From Octopus sinensis (Eukaryota): DNA of 64,000 nucleotides. The notes under the pieces are model-generated. The model worked only from the letters and a program-made list of their open reading frames with translations, ran no database searches and had not been told where the DNA came from. Numbering within the stretch: position 1 is the first letter of the stretch; the number at the start of each line of letters is the position of its first letter. The position numbers and the translations under genes were made by a program. This document shows, piece after piece, positions 17,480 through 30,104 of this stretch. The stretch is from assembly GCF_006345805.1 (NCBI RefSeq), contig NC_043004.1:52948001-53012000 (forward strand), in the 5' to 3' direction.

Positions 17480-17790
17480 GCAAACAAGCTCCTAATGACC
17501 AACGTGATTTATGAATCCCAAATACATTGGCCATGTAATTATATCACTTTACTGCCAGCTTACCAGTAAGCTTACATCAAGGAGCAGTGTTTATGCATAA
17601 CATCACATGACATAAAAGTTAAGTACAGAAGAAAACATGAGCAAACATCACATGTATAGTATACAGAACTCCCACAAAAACAGGTGATCAGTGATGGAAG
17701 CAAAACTAATTGCACCTTATAATGCTAAAGTAAACCCTCTTATATTACATATTAGTTGCAAAAAGATGATAATACTGAGTTATAAATTTA
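17480..17790 (+). mobile_element. Possible ancient Penelope-like GIY-YIG remnant
   Basis: Short translated motifs TNVIYES, KYIG and APYN in broken frames. Confidence 0.35.
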
Positions 17791-18019
17791 ATATTTCAAA
17801 AGCGTTAATGTGCACACTTAGCCCCACCATTCCATCCGGTGGGTGAGAGGGAATGAGGCTCATAAAATTTGTGAATACTCCTTAACAAACTGCAAATAAC
17901 TCACAAGAATTAAAGAACATAAACTATGTTACCTTATTCTTAATACGTATTTAAAGAACAGTTGTATTCATACATATACGTACACATGTAAAGGTATGTA
18001 TAGATACATACATAAGTAC

Positions 18020-18350
18020 ATACATATATGAATATATATGTGTATTTATATGTGTATATATATATGTATTCATGTATATATCTATATCTACATGTGTATA
18101 TATATATGTATTCATGTATATATCTATATCTACATATATATATATATATATATATTCATGTATATATCTATATCTACATATATAATATATATATAATATA
18201 TTCATGTATATATCTATATCTACATATATATATATATATATATATTCTATATCTAACATATATATATATATATATATATTCATGTATATATCTATATCTA
18301 CATATATAATATATCTATATATCTATATCTATATCATGTATATCTATATC

Positions 18351-18392
<42 letters not shown>

Positions 18393-18408
18393 GTATATAT
18401 CTATATCT

Positions 18409-18420
<12 letters not shown>
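18020..18420. repeat. (AT)-derived minisatellite with recurring ATTCATGTATATATCTATATCTAC core
   Basis: Core repeated about 6-7 times with variable (AT)n spacers. Confidence 0.8.
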
Positions 18421-18444
<24 letters not shown>

Positions 18445-18445
18445 T

Positions 18446-18551
18446 AACGGGAAGCTTTATGAAAATAAACAAAGACGAAGGCAAGTGGAATACAAACAAA
18501 CAATTGTATTAGAATGGGGCTCAGGAATATAAATAAAACAAGTCTTTTATA

Positions 18552-18552
<1 letters not shown>
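18446..18552 (-). mobile_element. Truncated Penelope-type terminus in (TA)n
   Basis: AAAGACGAAG..AAAC..TGTATTAG..GCTCAGGAA is homologous to 28712-28860 and to the reverse complement of 60330-60417. Confidence 0.55.
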
Positions 18553-18604
<52 letters not shown>

Positions 18605-18963
18605 CAACAATTGAGGGTAAAATTAATTAATTAATCAATTTCACCAAGCAGATCTTCAGAAGCGATAAGAAGCCGAAAGGGTATGCTCCCACTTTCAGTG
18701 TTTTCAAATCCAAACCAGGGAGTTCTGAGCTGATGATAGAAATGTCGAGTTTGACTAATCTTGAAACGTACGTTCTCAAATAACCTTTGCATTTGATTTT
18801 TTAATGTCTCTACCCCCATACTTTCGTGAGTTGAATTGAGCAAACACTATATGAGAGAGGTTTTCTTTAAGTATTAGAAATAGTTTTGAAAAAGGTTTTT
18901 TTTTAGCTGCTATTTCTAATGAGTTCAGTATGCGGCAAAGTAATTTATTTTACTAAGCCCTTT

Positions 18964-19034
<71 letters not shown>

Positions 19035-19036
<2 letters not shown>

Positions 19037-19413
19037 GATGAAGCACTCCGTCGGTTACGACGATGAGGGTTCCGGTTGATCCGAATCAACGGAACAGCCT
19101 GCTCGTGAAATTAACGTGTAAGTGGCTGAGCACTCCACAGACACGTGCACCCTTAACGTAGTTCTCGAGGATATTCAGCGTGACACAGAGAGTGACAAGG
19201 CCGGCCCCTTGAAATACAGGTAGAACAGAAACAGGAAGTAAGAGTGAGAGACAGTTGTGGTGAAAGAGTACAGCAGGGATCACCACCATCCCTTGCCGGA
19301 GCCTCGTGGAGCTTTAGGTGTTTTCGCTCAATAAACACTCGCAACGCCCGGTCTGGGAATCGAAACCACGATTCTACGACAGCGAGTCCGCTGCCCTAAC
19401 CACTGGGCCATTG

Positions 19414-19415
<2 letters not shown>
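19035..19415 (-). mobile_element. tRNA-derived SINE family 3 (~380 bp) in (TA)n
   Basis: Minus strand begins CGCAATGGCCCAGTGGTTAGG (A box) and carries GGTTTCGATTCC (B box); 3' hairpin GTTCCgGTTGAT-CCGA-ATCAACGGAAC. Confidence 0.8.
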
Positions 19416-19453
<38 letters not shown>

Positions 19454-22400
19454 TTTTGTACTTTTGTGTGGTTTCAATTTGTTTGTGTGCATGTGTGTAC
19501 CTGTATGTGTACAAATTTCGTGAATAACTGTATCGGTTATCTCTTATACTCAGATCGTTTTACAGATAGTATCCCTTTTCTGACTATCAAGCAAATTTCT
19601 TGTTCGGAATACCGAGATGGCTATATATTATTTACCCCTGCGTAGACTGGACCAAAAATAAGAAACGAAGGTTTTTTTTTTGATCTGTCACCAAAATGTA
19701 TATCGGTAATGTTACGATCAAAATGCTTCATGCAACGGCTGCACCAAAAATATCGCCAGGAAGTAATTTCGAAAGTTATTATATTCTGTCTGGGAAACAC
19801 TGAATATATTGGTTAGCAGGGACTTGAGAGAGATGAAGGACAGTCTGTTTTTGAAGGTGTGTGTGCGAGTGTTTCGGAATACTTGAGTTGCGGTGGAATT
19901 AGTCTAGAACCACCACAATTCTGCCTAAGGTGTCTGGGAGTGCTGTATCGTTCTAAATATAGGAGTAGTGTCCGGTCGAGTGTCTCATCATATCTCTGTA
20001 TAGACTAAGATGTTGTTTTAGACTGTGATAATGTTTGGCTCTAAAGGGATGTAATATTTAATTTCTTTACTTTGTTATGCACTGTTAATAGTATTGCTAT
20101 TGTTCTTCACTAAGAAATATTCTCAGGGACGGCAAAGTTTGACACTTAAAGCAATCACCAGTTTTAATTGTATACTGTTAATGTCTAGGTGGATAGGCTT
20201 TTCATATGTGTGGTAGTTTGGGCATTTGTTTTCTGATTTTTATTCATGCTGGAATAAAAATATTCGAGGATGTTTTTTCAATATCTATTGATGGAATAAA
20301 TGTATATTTTAGCTGATCTGTTTCATTGTATTCGAGCGAATATTTAAGAATGTACGAAGGGTGTATGTTCTCAGTAAGAGTGAGCGTTGCTGATGCCTGG
20401 AAATAAATTTTGCTATTGTATTAGAGAGAAATGAGGGAGAGAGAATAAAGGTTGTTAAATAATTTTGTGAACTTTACTAAATCATAGACATGGACTTTGT
20501 TTGTATGGGAAACGTCTTGATGATTATTGACAGCACTTGGGTATGAATACTCACAGGCTAGATATCTCAAGCCCAGAGACGTAAAAGAAACATGGCAATA
20601 TCTAAAATGACAGACAAATAAATTTGAGATGAATTTCGTACGAGTCAGTTTAATTTGACAATGAAATTAAGGAGCATCATAAAACAAGACTTTAGAGAAA
20701 AGTGGTGAGGGTGTGACTGATTTATTTTGTTTACTGGGATATTTGAGTGCTACGTACCAATGCCATTAGAGTGGCTTTAGGGGAACATGCGAAATCCTTG
20801 AAACTCTTTTGGTTTGTTGTACACAACTCTAAAACGATAAATTATTAAATTAACAATTCCGTAGAGATAAAAGTTGGAATGAATTATATTTTACTATTTA
20901 TGCTTTATTTGATATTTCATTTCGATTCAGATACATAATAAATTTAAACATTATCGATCTAGCCTCATTTAGGTCAATTGAATTCTCATAGATATTGCAC
21001 TGGAAAAACAAACATGATGTACTTGAAGTACACACACACATATATATATACACACATATATACATATACATATACGTACATGCATACATATATTTATATT
21101 TAAGTACTATATATGTGTGTGTGTATGTGAGTGCGTGTGTATGTATATATGTATATAATACACACATATTATACATATTTATACATATATTGGAACGCTG
21201 TTGATTGCATGTAACCTGGGTATGTTGCAGATTGCGTGAAACATCTTTTCTACTTCAAACCTTTGCTTAACACAACCCGATCAATTATTGCATTCCTTTC
21301 CGAAACCCAGATCAAAAGAACATATAAAGATGGCATTAAAATGCTCCAGCAATTTGCATATAATCTACATAATCTTGTTTAAAGAAAATTCTGTAATTAA
21401 TATCTGAATATGTTGACTGAAATCTTTTCACCCGTTTCACGGATTCCGTATCTGTCGTATATACATATCTGACAGTGAGGACATGTTATTGCTGTGGTGG
21501 CCATGGTGGTGCTGACTTTGGTTGCATTGATGTTAATAATAGGGAGTTTATTGATTGTGACAGAAGGGTTAATGGTGGTAGTAATGCTGTTGTGACTATG
21601 GATGGGTAATTTTGGTGGTAGGGTTTGCGTGTCTGTTTATTGCAGTCTTTTGTATTGATTGTGGTGGGGATATAGAAGTTGTTGGTAGCGGCAATATGTG
21701 CGATGCTAATGGTTCTGCCGAAATTCTACTGACGGTGCCGATGTTGTATGATAGGCAAGTGTAAGGGGCGGCACTGTTGATAGGGATGATGTATCTGGAC
21801 TTGATACTATATATATTCCATGCCTCTAACTCGATATCACTTTGATTGAGAGTGGGATATGAATACTTCTTTGTTGTCTATATATATTCATGTAATTCAG
21901 TAATATATCCACAGCAAATTATATACATTTTATCTTCCGTGCTATTACAAAACACAAATACGTTATTTTATTTTTCGACTGTGGCATCTATTGTCAAGCC
22001 CAGTAGCATAATACGTGGTCAAATAGGCGAACAACCGTTGTTTAATAAGTGTAAAATCCGAATTACATAATACAAACTGAATTTTTACAGGCCGGCAACG
22101 ATGAACATGGCAATCAAACTAACTATAAAAAGATATATTTTAGAAAGAAAGAGAAGGTATTTCCATCTACTTCTGTATATCTAAATACGATATACTAATG
22201 TATACACCGAGTCACAAAGACGGCAATAATCTAAAAAAAATCAATTATTTAAATATATCAGATACAATATATTTCGGTATGAACATTATAATTAATCCCT
22301 CCTAGATTAAAAATACAAAGGAAGAGATGCATGCCCTTTAATTTCATCCTTAAATGATATATGAACTGCTAATCCATTAACCAAGAATCCAACGATTTTA

Positions 22401-23019
22401 GAATCATTTTCTAGGGATTAGATACCAAACTACTCGAGTCGTTAGAGAACCGGATGCATAGTCTTACAAATGATGTGTCTGTCACTCTGCTTTATGAGCT
22501 GAAATCCTGCCGAGGTCAAATTCTACTTCCATCAACTTAGAGTTAAAAACGAAAGTTCCAGTCGTGTACTCAAGACGATCCTCCCATACTCTCCTTCCCT
22601 AAAACCCCCTCCTTCTGTGCTTGTCTGTCTCTTTTATCTTTCTCTCTCTCTCTCTCTCTCGCTCTCTCCCTTCTCATCTTCTCCCTTACCTATTCTATGT
22701 CCCATTGTAGAAAAAAATCGCCTATTTTCAAACCGAGTAGACATGAGGTACACTTATTTCTAAAATTACCCAAATGTACATATTTTGGTTAAGCAGAGAC
22801 AGAGATATACACACACACATACATAAAGAGTACCATGGGTAAATCGTCACACATGATAGTTTTGTTTTCTCGCATGCGCATTTTTTATTTTTGATTTTGT
22901 AGACGCCACGGTATACTGAGTACATTTGGGTACCGTCTGAAAAAAAAACAGCACCATGACCCAAGACACTTTGCAAGAAATTTAGAAATGATATGCCGTC
23001 TCGCTTGGTATTCGCGCCG

Positions 23020-24020
23020 GAAGCTCCAATACTAACATTTCAGAGTGATTGTTTTTTGTGAATCTAAGGACAGTGCAGAGGATTTGGAAAAACTTGGATG
23101 AGTCTAATGATGATTGGCAGCTCGAAAAACTCATTTTGATCGTTCTGATAAGAGAAGAACTCCTGAATTCGTTTGTGGGATCGAGACCATGATTGACAAC
23201 GATCCCTCCCAGTCATTCAGGTCCATCGCCAGTGACATGTGAGAGTTTGAATTTCTTATCACATAAGTAGTGCATAAAGACATTCGGTATTCCTCATACA
23301 TGATAAGAAAGAACCAATTTTTATCCCAAGCCATCAAGGAAAAGAGGAAAGATCAAGCTACGAAGCTTTTAAACAAACTCAAGCATCCCTTCCAACCGAA
23401 CATGCTTTGGATTTCTTTTTTTTCTGCAGGGATCAGATAGTGAACACATAGAACAACCGTTGGCTTGACGTATCATCAAAACATGTACTGAGAATGATAA
23501 AAATCAAACATCCAGTCAACATCGTGGTGTTTCGAGTGACCACTAGTGATGGCGACGTTATGCCTCCATTTATATTCCCACAGAGCCTAAGACTCAACAC
23601 AGAGGCCTACATCAAATACCTGGATGAGCTAGTGCTACCCTTGGTCAAGAGGGTGGCTGCAGGAAGACCTTATGTCACCAAGACTCTGCACCATGCCACA
23701 CGAGCGGAACCCAGTGATGGCTGTCAGACGGTTTCTACGACCACATCACACTTAAAATCTGGTCAGTTGACTCCACAGACGGCAACCCCTTTGTTTATTA
23801 TTTGTGAGGCGCAGTTGAGTAAGAGACCAGCAAAACGCCTTGTAACATCAAAGATTAACTGAAGGCCAGCATTATAAGAGCATTCAGCAACTTAATCAAA
23901 GAGACAGTTGTGAAGAGATGCAGGAGATTTCGAAGTCGTATGGAGTCCGTGGTTAAAGCCAATGGCAATTTTGTTGAATAAATTTACTCTTTAGTATTTC
24001 AAGATATTTCTATGTAATTC
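23020..24020 (+). mobile_element. Second defective maT (DD37D)-like transposon
   Basis: NNRWL...IKHPVNIVVFRVTTSDGDVMPPFIFPQSLRLNTEAYIKYL...GRPYV; homologous to 12380-13199. Confidence 0.8.
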
Positions 24021-24027
24021 GGTATAC

Positions 24028-24074
<47 letters not shown>

Positions 24075-24079
<5 letters not shown>

Positions 24080-24164
24080 CAAACTTTGGTAAACAAATTG
24101 ATTCAATTAAATTAAATTTAAATTTAAATTAAATTTAATTAATTTGTTTACAAAGTTTGTCGAA
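24075..24164. repeat. ~90-bp imperfect hairpin with A/T-only core
   Basis: TTCAACAAACTTTG..TAAACAAATT versus AATTTGTTTACAAAGTTTGTCGAA. Confidence 0.75.
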
Positions 24165-25399
24165 ACTATGCATAGTCCAGAGATGAAAGGGGTAAATGTT
24201 TTTATTTCTCTTTCAATTTCAGAATTACAACTATTTAGCGGTTTGAGTTTGGCTGCTCTTTCTAGTGAGTCGAAAGGCCTATTATGGCCATTCCTTATAT
24301 TGTTGAATGTATAGTATATAGTCTTTGACTATCTTTTCTTTCTCACTAGACCGCTGGTAGCAGAGAATTTTTTCTAGAATTTTTTGCTACCCTTATATTT
24401 ATTAATATATATATATAGATATATGTATGTGTATGCGTGTGTGTATGTATATATGAATGCACTCATATATGCTGACGCACATTAAGCAATAAAGCATGCC
24501 AATGTGTGTGGTATTTTTTATTTGATGTCCATTATTTCCCCGCATTTTTCGCTGCCAGAAATTTCGCAGAATTACTGTTTAAAACATTGCAGCAATTTAC
24601 TGCAGCTAAATTTCGAGGTGGACAGACTTGCTTTATTATATAATAATTTGTTGTTTAGTTTCTACCAATATTTCGTTTTAAGTGTCCAACTGTCTTTTTT
24701 TATATCCTCCTTTAACGTTGTACATATTTCATATGTTATTTGGCATTGGTTTTAATTCTGTGAATTTCGGTCAAATACGCATGTACACACACACACACAT
24801 ACATATATATGTGTTTATGTATATTCACGCACATACAAACACAGACATACACAAACGTAAATAAATACATATATCATAATTCATTTTCTATTAGAAATTT
24901 CATGCCAATATCAGTTTGGTGTTTCGTCATTCAGAGAGAACATAAGTGACTTTGTCTTTCAAGAACTGGGGACAATATAATCGATTCTTCCTTCTCGAAA
25001 AGTTTTTGGGATAGTGCCTGAGTGTCAATATTTTTTTTATTGTTATTCATCATCATCATCATCATCACCATCATCACCATCATCATCATCATCTTACTTC
25101 TCAGTGCTCTCGATTTTAATTACTCCGGTAACTTCTATGAGACCGAACAGCAAACTGCTGTCGAATGTTTCGTAGGGTTTCTTTCTGGCATACTTAACAC
25201 CCAAATACCAAACTCGAAATCCTTGCTGTCTCCAATAGAGCAGGGTTTCGAGTATGTTTTGCCCTCATGCTAGTTCCAATACCTCAGACACATTTCTTAA
25301 ATTTGTTTGTTAGGTATCCTAGTGACCCGACAACTATGAGGATGAAAGTATCTCTCTTCACTACGAACATACATAAGATTTTGTACAGTGTTTTCTATT

Positions 25400-25925
25400 T
25401 TTTAAAATTCTTCTTCTTCTTCTGCTTACCACTTCCTGGCTGTTTTCACCTCTGGTGAGTTATGCCTGATTTCCATATCCTTCGATTCTCTCAGCATCAT
25501 GACCGTACGTATCTTTCCCAGTTTATATATTTCGACTATTGATGCTATTGGTAGCTGCAGCGAACCCCTTTTACGATAAAGAGCTGAACTGTTCAACATA
25601 CGAAGTAGGCCTAGCCACTTTCTAATAAACACATTACGTTTTTTAATGATTTGAACTCGTGACAATGCTCCCTCGTATATCAAATGTAGTCACGCAAGTC
25701 GCGGGTACAAGCCGAACTGCAAGCATCAAATTTTATAGTTACCTGGTAACTTCGAGTTATCAATCGCTGATAACCCAGCCTTGGCCTGTTTCATAATTTC
25801 AATCCCACGACTTCTATCTGACAGTGTTCCAGCGTATACTCGCCCCAAGCTGTTGACGGGCTCTTTCTTGACTGTTGGAATGCTTTCTTCACCTATTCGA
25901 AACTTAAATTCTTTCTGCACTCCCT
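25400..25925 (-). mobile_element. Internal fragment of a restriction-like-endonuclease LINE, HERO-like
   Basis: IPTVKKEPVNSLGRVY, IDNSKLPGNYK, RKWLGL..LNSSALY..LQLP motifs resemble HERO-clade RT thumb regions. Confidence 0.65.
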
Positions 25926-25927
25926 TA

Positions 25928-26145
25928 ATTATTATTATTATTATTATTATTATCATTATTATCATTATTATCATTATTATTATTATTACTATTGCTATTA
26001 CTATTATTATTATTATTATTATTAGTAGTAGTTAGTAGTAGTAGTAGTAGTAGCAGCAGCAGCAGCAGCAGTAGTAATAGTAGTAGTAGTAGTGGTAGTA
26101 GTAGTAGAGTAGTAGTAGCAGCAATAGTAGTAGTAGTTGTGAGTA
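25928..26145. repeat. Compound (ATT)n/(AGT)n/(AGC)n microsatellite
   Basis: Directly visible. Confidence 0.95.
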
Positions 26146-26679
26146 ATACTTTCAGTATATGTTGTATTGTTAGTACTACGTGAGACAGTCTCAGCAGGTT
26201 ATGTTGTATCGTATGTGGTATATGTACTATTAATTCGCTGCGGCTGTTTAGTATATCGGCTGTGTGAGTGGCTCTCGTTATTTTTCATCAGTTATGCTTT
26301 ATAAAATATATGGATTGTATTATTTTGTGGATTATAACATGCATTGTGTCTGTTGCTTTGTCTCAATTGGTTGCTTCTATGTGGGGTTTATGTTACAGGA
26401 TGAGATTGTCCTATGTGAAAGATCATTTAAAAGTCTTGAATTTTAGGAAAATAAACGATCGTTTTAATACAATAATGTCGTAAAATTATAAACACGAGCA
26501 ATTAATTGTCTCTTGTATCTGTTATCGTTCTACCTCAAAGGAAATCTGTAGTATATCACCAATTCCTTAGCCTCGCAGACTTAATTTTGGCAGTATAGCA
26601 TAACTATCTCCTGGTTTTCATATGTTTTACATATTAACGAGAGAGGATATTTATAATTTATACAATCACTTTTTCCATA

Positions 26680-26945
26680 ATCCTGGGTGCACAATTCCAG
26701 GCAAGCTTGTTTATGGGAGACCAGCAGTTGCCCATGCATACCAGCCTCTCGTATCCACACCTCCGATGATATCTGAGGGAAAAGCAAATGCAAATACAAC
26801 TTGGCACAGCACATTTCTACAGCTGAGAGAACTGAGACAACGTGAAATAAAGTGTCTTGTTTAAGAACATAATCCGGGAATCGAACTCACTACCTCATGA
26901 TTGATTGCAAACCCACCGCTGTGACCACTGAGATATGTGCCTTCA
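26680..26945 (-). mobile_element. CORE-like SINE family 4, old copy
   Basis: Homologous to 61425-61723 (ACCAGCAGTyGCCCATGCATACC, CATTTCTACAGCTGAG, AAGTGTCTTG, GGAATCGAACTCAC). Confidence 0.7.
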
Positions 26946-27858
26946 TAATGTTATAGGGTAAAATGAATAGGTTTGTTAGTACCTATCTACATAGTTCTAT
27001 ATGTCAGATATATCTATTCACATACAATAATCCTAGTATGCAAAATACATGACAAATAGATTCTGCAATCAGGTCATCAAAATGTTTCAATGGTAAAGCT
27101 ATTGTTTGCGCTTTATGAGCCATTGTAGGCATGGAAACATCATATTAAGCTTATGTCTGCTAAACATACAATCATAGAAGTCAGACTAATGAATGAAAAC
27201 AATAAAGAAGACAAAACTGCTTCGTAATCCCATGGAAGTTTCGTTCCTTGAGACATAATTTTCAAAGTTATTTTTATGCGGGTTTTTCAGAATCTGCAAA
27301 TAACGAAAATGCCTGCTCTGTAAAACAACAGCTGGTTTTCGGCATGTACCGAGGTATACATCACATGACTACAGGTATAATGCTGCCATCGACATTTTTG
27401 CCAACATCCACCCATGACCAAAATCCTACCGCCGCCATCATGATCATCATCATCATCATGATCATGATCATCATGATCATCATCATAATCAATCATTACC
27501 ACCACAATCGTCGACGTTTACGTTGTCATCATCTTCACCAGAATAGATGATAAATTAGGGAAATTTACATGAATAATAACACTATCAAAATTGTTATTTT
27601 CGAATGACTGATGTCTTGAATAAATATTCACATCATAACTTGCCGATTTGTAGCAGATTTGGTGATGATAAATGACAAAATTGCGGACTGTAAGTTGGAA
27701 AGAAAGGAAAGAAAATATGAGATGAAATTTCAGACGTAGCCAATCATTGTATAGCAGCCATATTGATTTGCATCGATGTTTTGAATAGTGAAGCTTACAC
27801 GCAAAAAACGTCCATTAAAAGAAACAGAGTTTTCTTAAATAGAAAACATCATCATTGT

Positions 27859-27889
<31 letters not shown>

Positions 27890-27958
27890 ATCACCAACAC
27901 CACTTCCATCAAATGGACATTGATATATATGTATGTGTGTTTATATATATATATATAT

Positions 27959-28002
<44 letters not shown>

Positions 28003-28061
28003 GTAGGCTTTAGTTGGCCCAAGGCTATAGTAGAAGACTTGTCCAAGATATATATATATAT

Positions 28062-28440
28062 AGGCGCTGGCATGGCTGGCGGGCTGACTGGCTGGTAAGA
28101 CGCCTGCCTCCCAACATCATGGCTCCGGGTTCAGTCTAACTGCGTAACATCTTGGACAAGTCTTCAACAATAGCCTTGGGCCAACTAAAGCCTTGTGAGT
28201 GTATTTGGTAGACGAAAACTGAAAGAAGCCCGTCGTATTCATATATGTGCGCGTATGTTTTTGTGTGTGTTTGTGTGTTTGTCCCTCACCATCATTTAAC
28301 AACCAATCTTGGTGTGTATATGTCCCCAGTAAACTAGCGGTTCGGCAAAAGAACCAATAGCGTAAGTATTAGGCTTGACTAAAAGGCTGCGCGACAGCAT
28401 GGCCGGAGTCAACTGAGTGAAACAAATAAAATAATAAAAG
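28062..28440 (+). mobile_element. Diverged SINE family 1 copy
   Basis: AGGCGCTGGCATGGCT...GGGTTCAGTC...AAAGCCTTGTGAGTG...GCGGTTCGGCAAAAG. Confidence 0.75.
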
Positions 28441-28549
28441 GTTATATTTACATACTTATATGATATATAGACACACACACAAGCACACACACACGTATAT
28501 ATATATATGTGAGTATATAATACATATATATATATATATATATTTATAT

Positions 28550-28666
<117 letters not shown>

Positions 28667-28711
28667 ATATATATATATATAGATATATATATATATATAT
28701 ACATATGTATA

Positions 28712-28860
28712 GTGAGAATTTACAAAAACTAAAGACGAAGATGGGTGTGTAAACAACAAACATGTATTAGTTTAAGGCTCGGGAAGGGAGAAAGTTTTTA
28801 TGTTTCTAGCCTACGCTCTTCGACAGAAATGAACACAGAAATAAACAGAGAGAGAAAACA
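28712..28860 (-). mobile_element. Penelope-type terminus with degenerate minimal hammerhead-like motif (28797-28829)
   Basis: Minus strand TTT CTGTCGA A GAGC GTAG GCTA GAA ACAT A AAA; homologous to 60287-60417. Confidence 0.55.
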
Positions 28861-29599
28861 GTAAATAGAAAATAGAAAAATGTATATATGTATATATTAT
28901 TCCCTGAAGAGATCATTCTAATAATGCTTAAATCACTGCATATGAATATGTAACAATATGCAGTTAGTGCGATCGAAACACCTCTCGGACAGATATCATG
29001 AATAAACTCACTGGAAATAAATATTAAACTTGAATAGTCAAATTCATCATCCTCCTTTTTATCAGTATTGTACATTACATTCTAAATAGCCAAGTAATAA
29101 ATTATGACACCAGATGGGAGTTAAAGGAAGCTTACTAAAAAACGCACCATGACAAAGAACCAGCTTTGGCATTGTACTCACAGAAATTCGGTTTCTGACT
29201 GGATATTATAAATATATATATATTCGATTTAGATCCTCTTGCGCCGTGTGGCGCATTTGGCGGCAAGGCTTCTCCAACGTAGTCGGTAGTCTTTCTTCTT
29301 TGAAACCTATTTCTATATATGTCTCTCCCTCTCTCTCTCTCTCTCTCTCTTCTCCCCTCCTTAATTCCTTTGTTCCTTTTTTCTCTCTTCTCTTCGACTG
29401 CTAACCCTTTTGGACCACGGTCACTGTCACAACGAATCTTTCCTCTGCCGTAAGGCTTAATTCCCAACACGCTAGCTGAATTTAATTTATCTCCAGTCGT
29501 AAGACGCCTGTTGTTATGTCCTGTTATTATTATCATTATTGTGTTATTTTGTATTATTTTTGTTTTTAAATTCGTGTAATATCGTTCGCTTTTCCGTCC

Positions 29600-29814
29600 T
29601 TGTTTCGCATACATTCGATCCTTTTCCAAGGAATCTAATGTTCTTAGCTCAGTTTTTTTCCTGGAGGTTGGCCAGACTGGAGCAATCTCGAGATTAATTA
29701 GCCGAAATTGCGAGGATGATCCGGTTCTTGACTGAAGATTAAAGGCTTCGAATGACCCGTCCCTGTTTTTCGTATCGTCTATCTGGATGTTTTGCGTTCT
29801 CGTCCCAGTTTGTA

Positions 29815-29820
<6 letters not shown>
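29600..29820 (+). mobile_element. Unclassified repeat terminus ending at (TA)n
   Basis: TTCCAAGGAATCTA..GGCCAGACTGG..GCCGAAA..CGAATGA.CCGTCC..TCTGGATGTTT is shared with ~47160-47345. Confidence 0.65.
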
Positions 29821-29854
<34 letters not shown>

Positions 29855-29857
<3 letters not shown>

Positions 29858-30053
29858 AAAATCCGTGATGTGAACAGGTCGCGGATTTTAGCGACGAAAA
29901 TATTTTGACAAATTATACTTATATGCTGAAGTGAATCGAACGGCTTTTGTGTGTATCTTAAATGGCTTACAAACACCTTCCACGCTGCAATTGTTTTCGT
30001 TCCAGCACACGATCACAGATCAAATCACTTGCTATGCGAGTACATCTCCGTAA
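29855..30053 (-). mobile_element. Single-arm copy of the 2578-2919 foldback family
   Basis: Reverse complement of TTACGGAGATGTACTCGCATAGC...CCGCGACCTGTTCAC; flanked by (TA)n. Confidence 0.9.
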
Positions 30054-30062
30054 TATATATAT

Positions 30063-30102
<40 letters not shown>

Positions 30103-30104
<2 letters not shown>

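Noticed and set aside
19340-19415. tRNA gene
   Set aside because: A and B boxes are present, but there is no complete cloverleaf and it continues into a SINE body; the same applies to the other SINE heads.
19780-20600. Possible very old Penelope remnant (minus)
   Set aside because: No diagnostic motif could be read with confidence.
29730-29765. Hammerhead-like CTGAAGA...CGAATGACCCGTC (also ~47275-47310)
   Set aside because: Position 15.1 is U rather than A, and stems I and II are inconsistent between the two copies.
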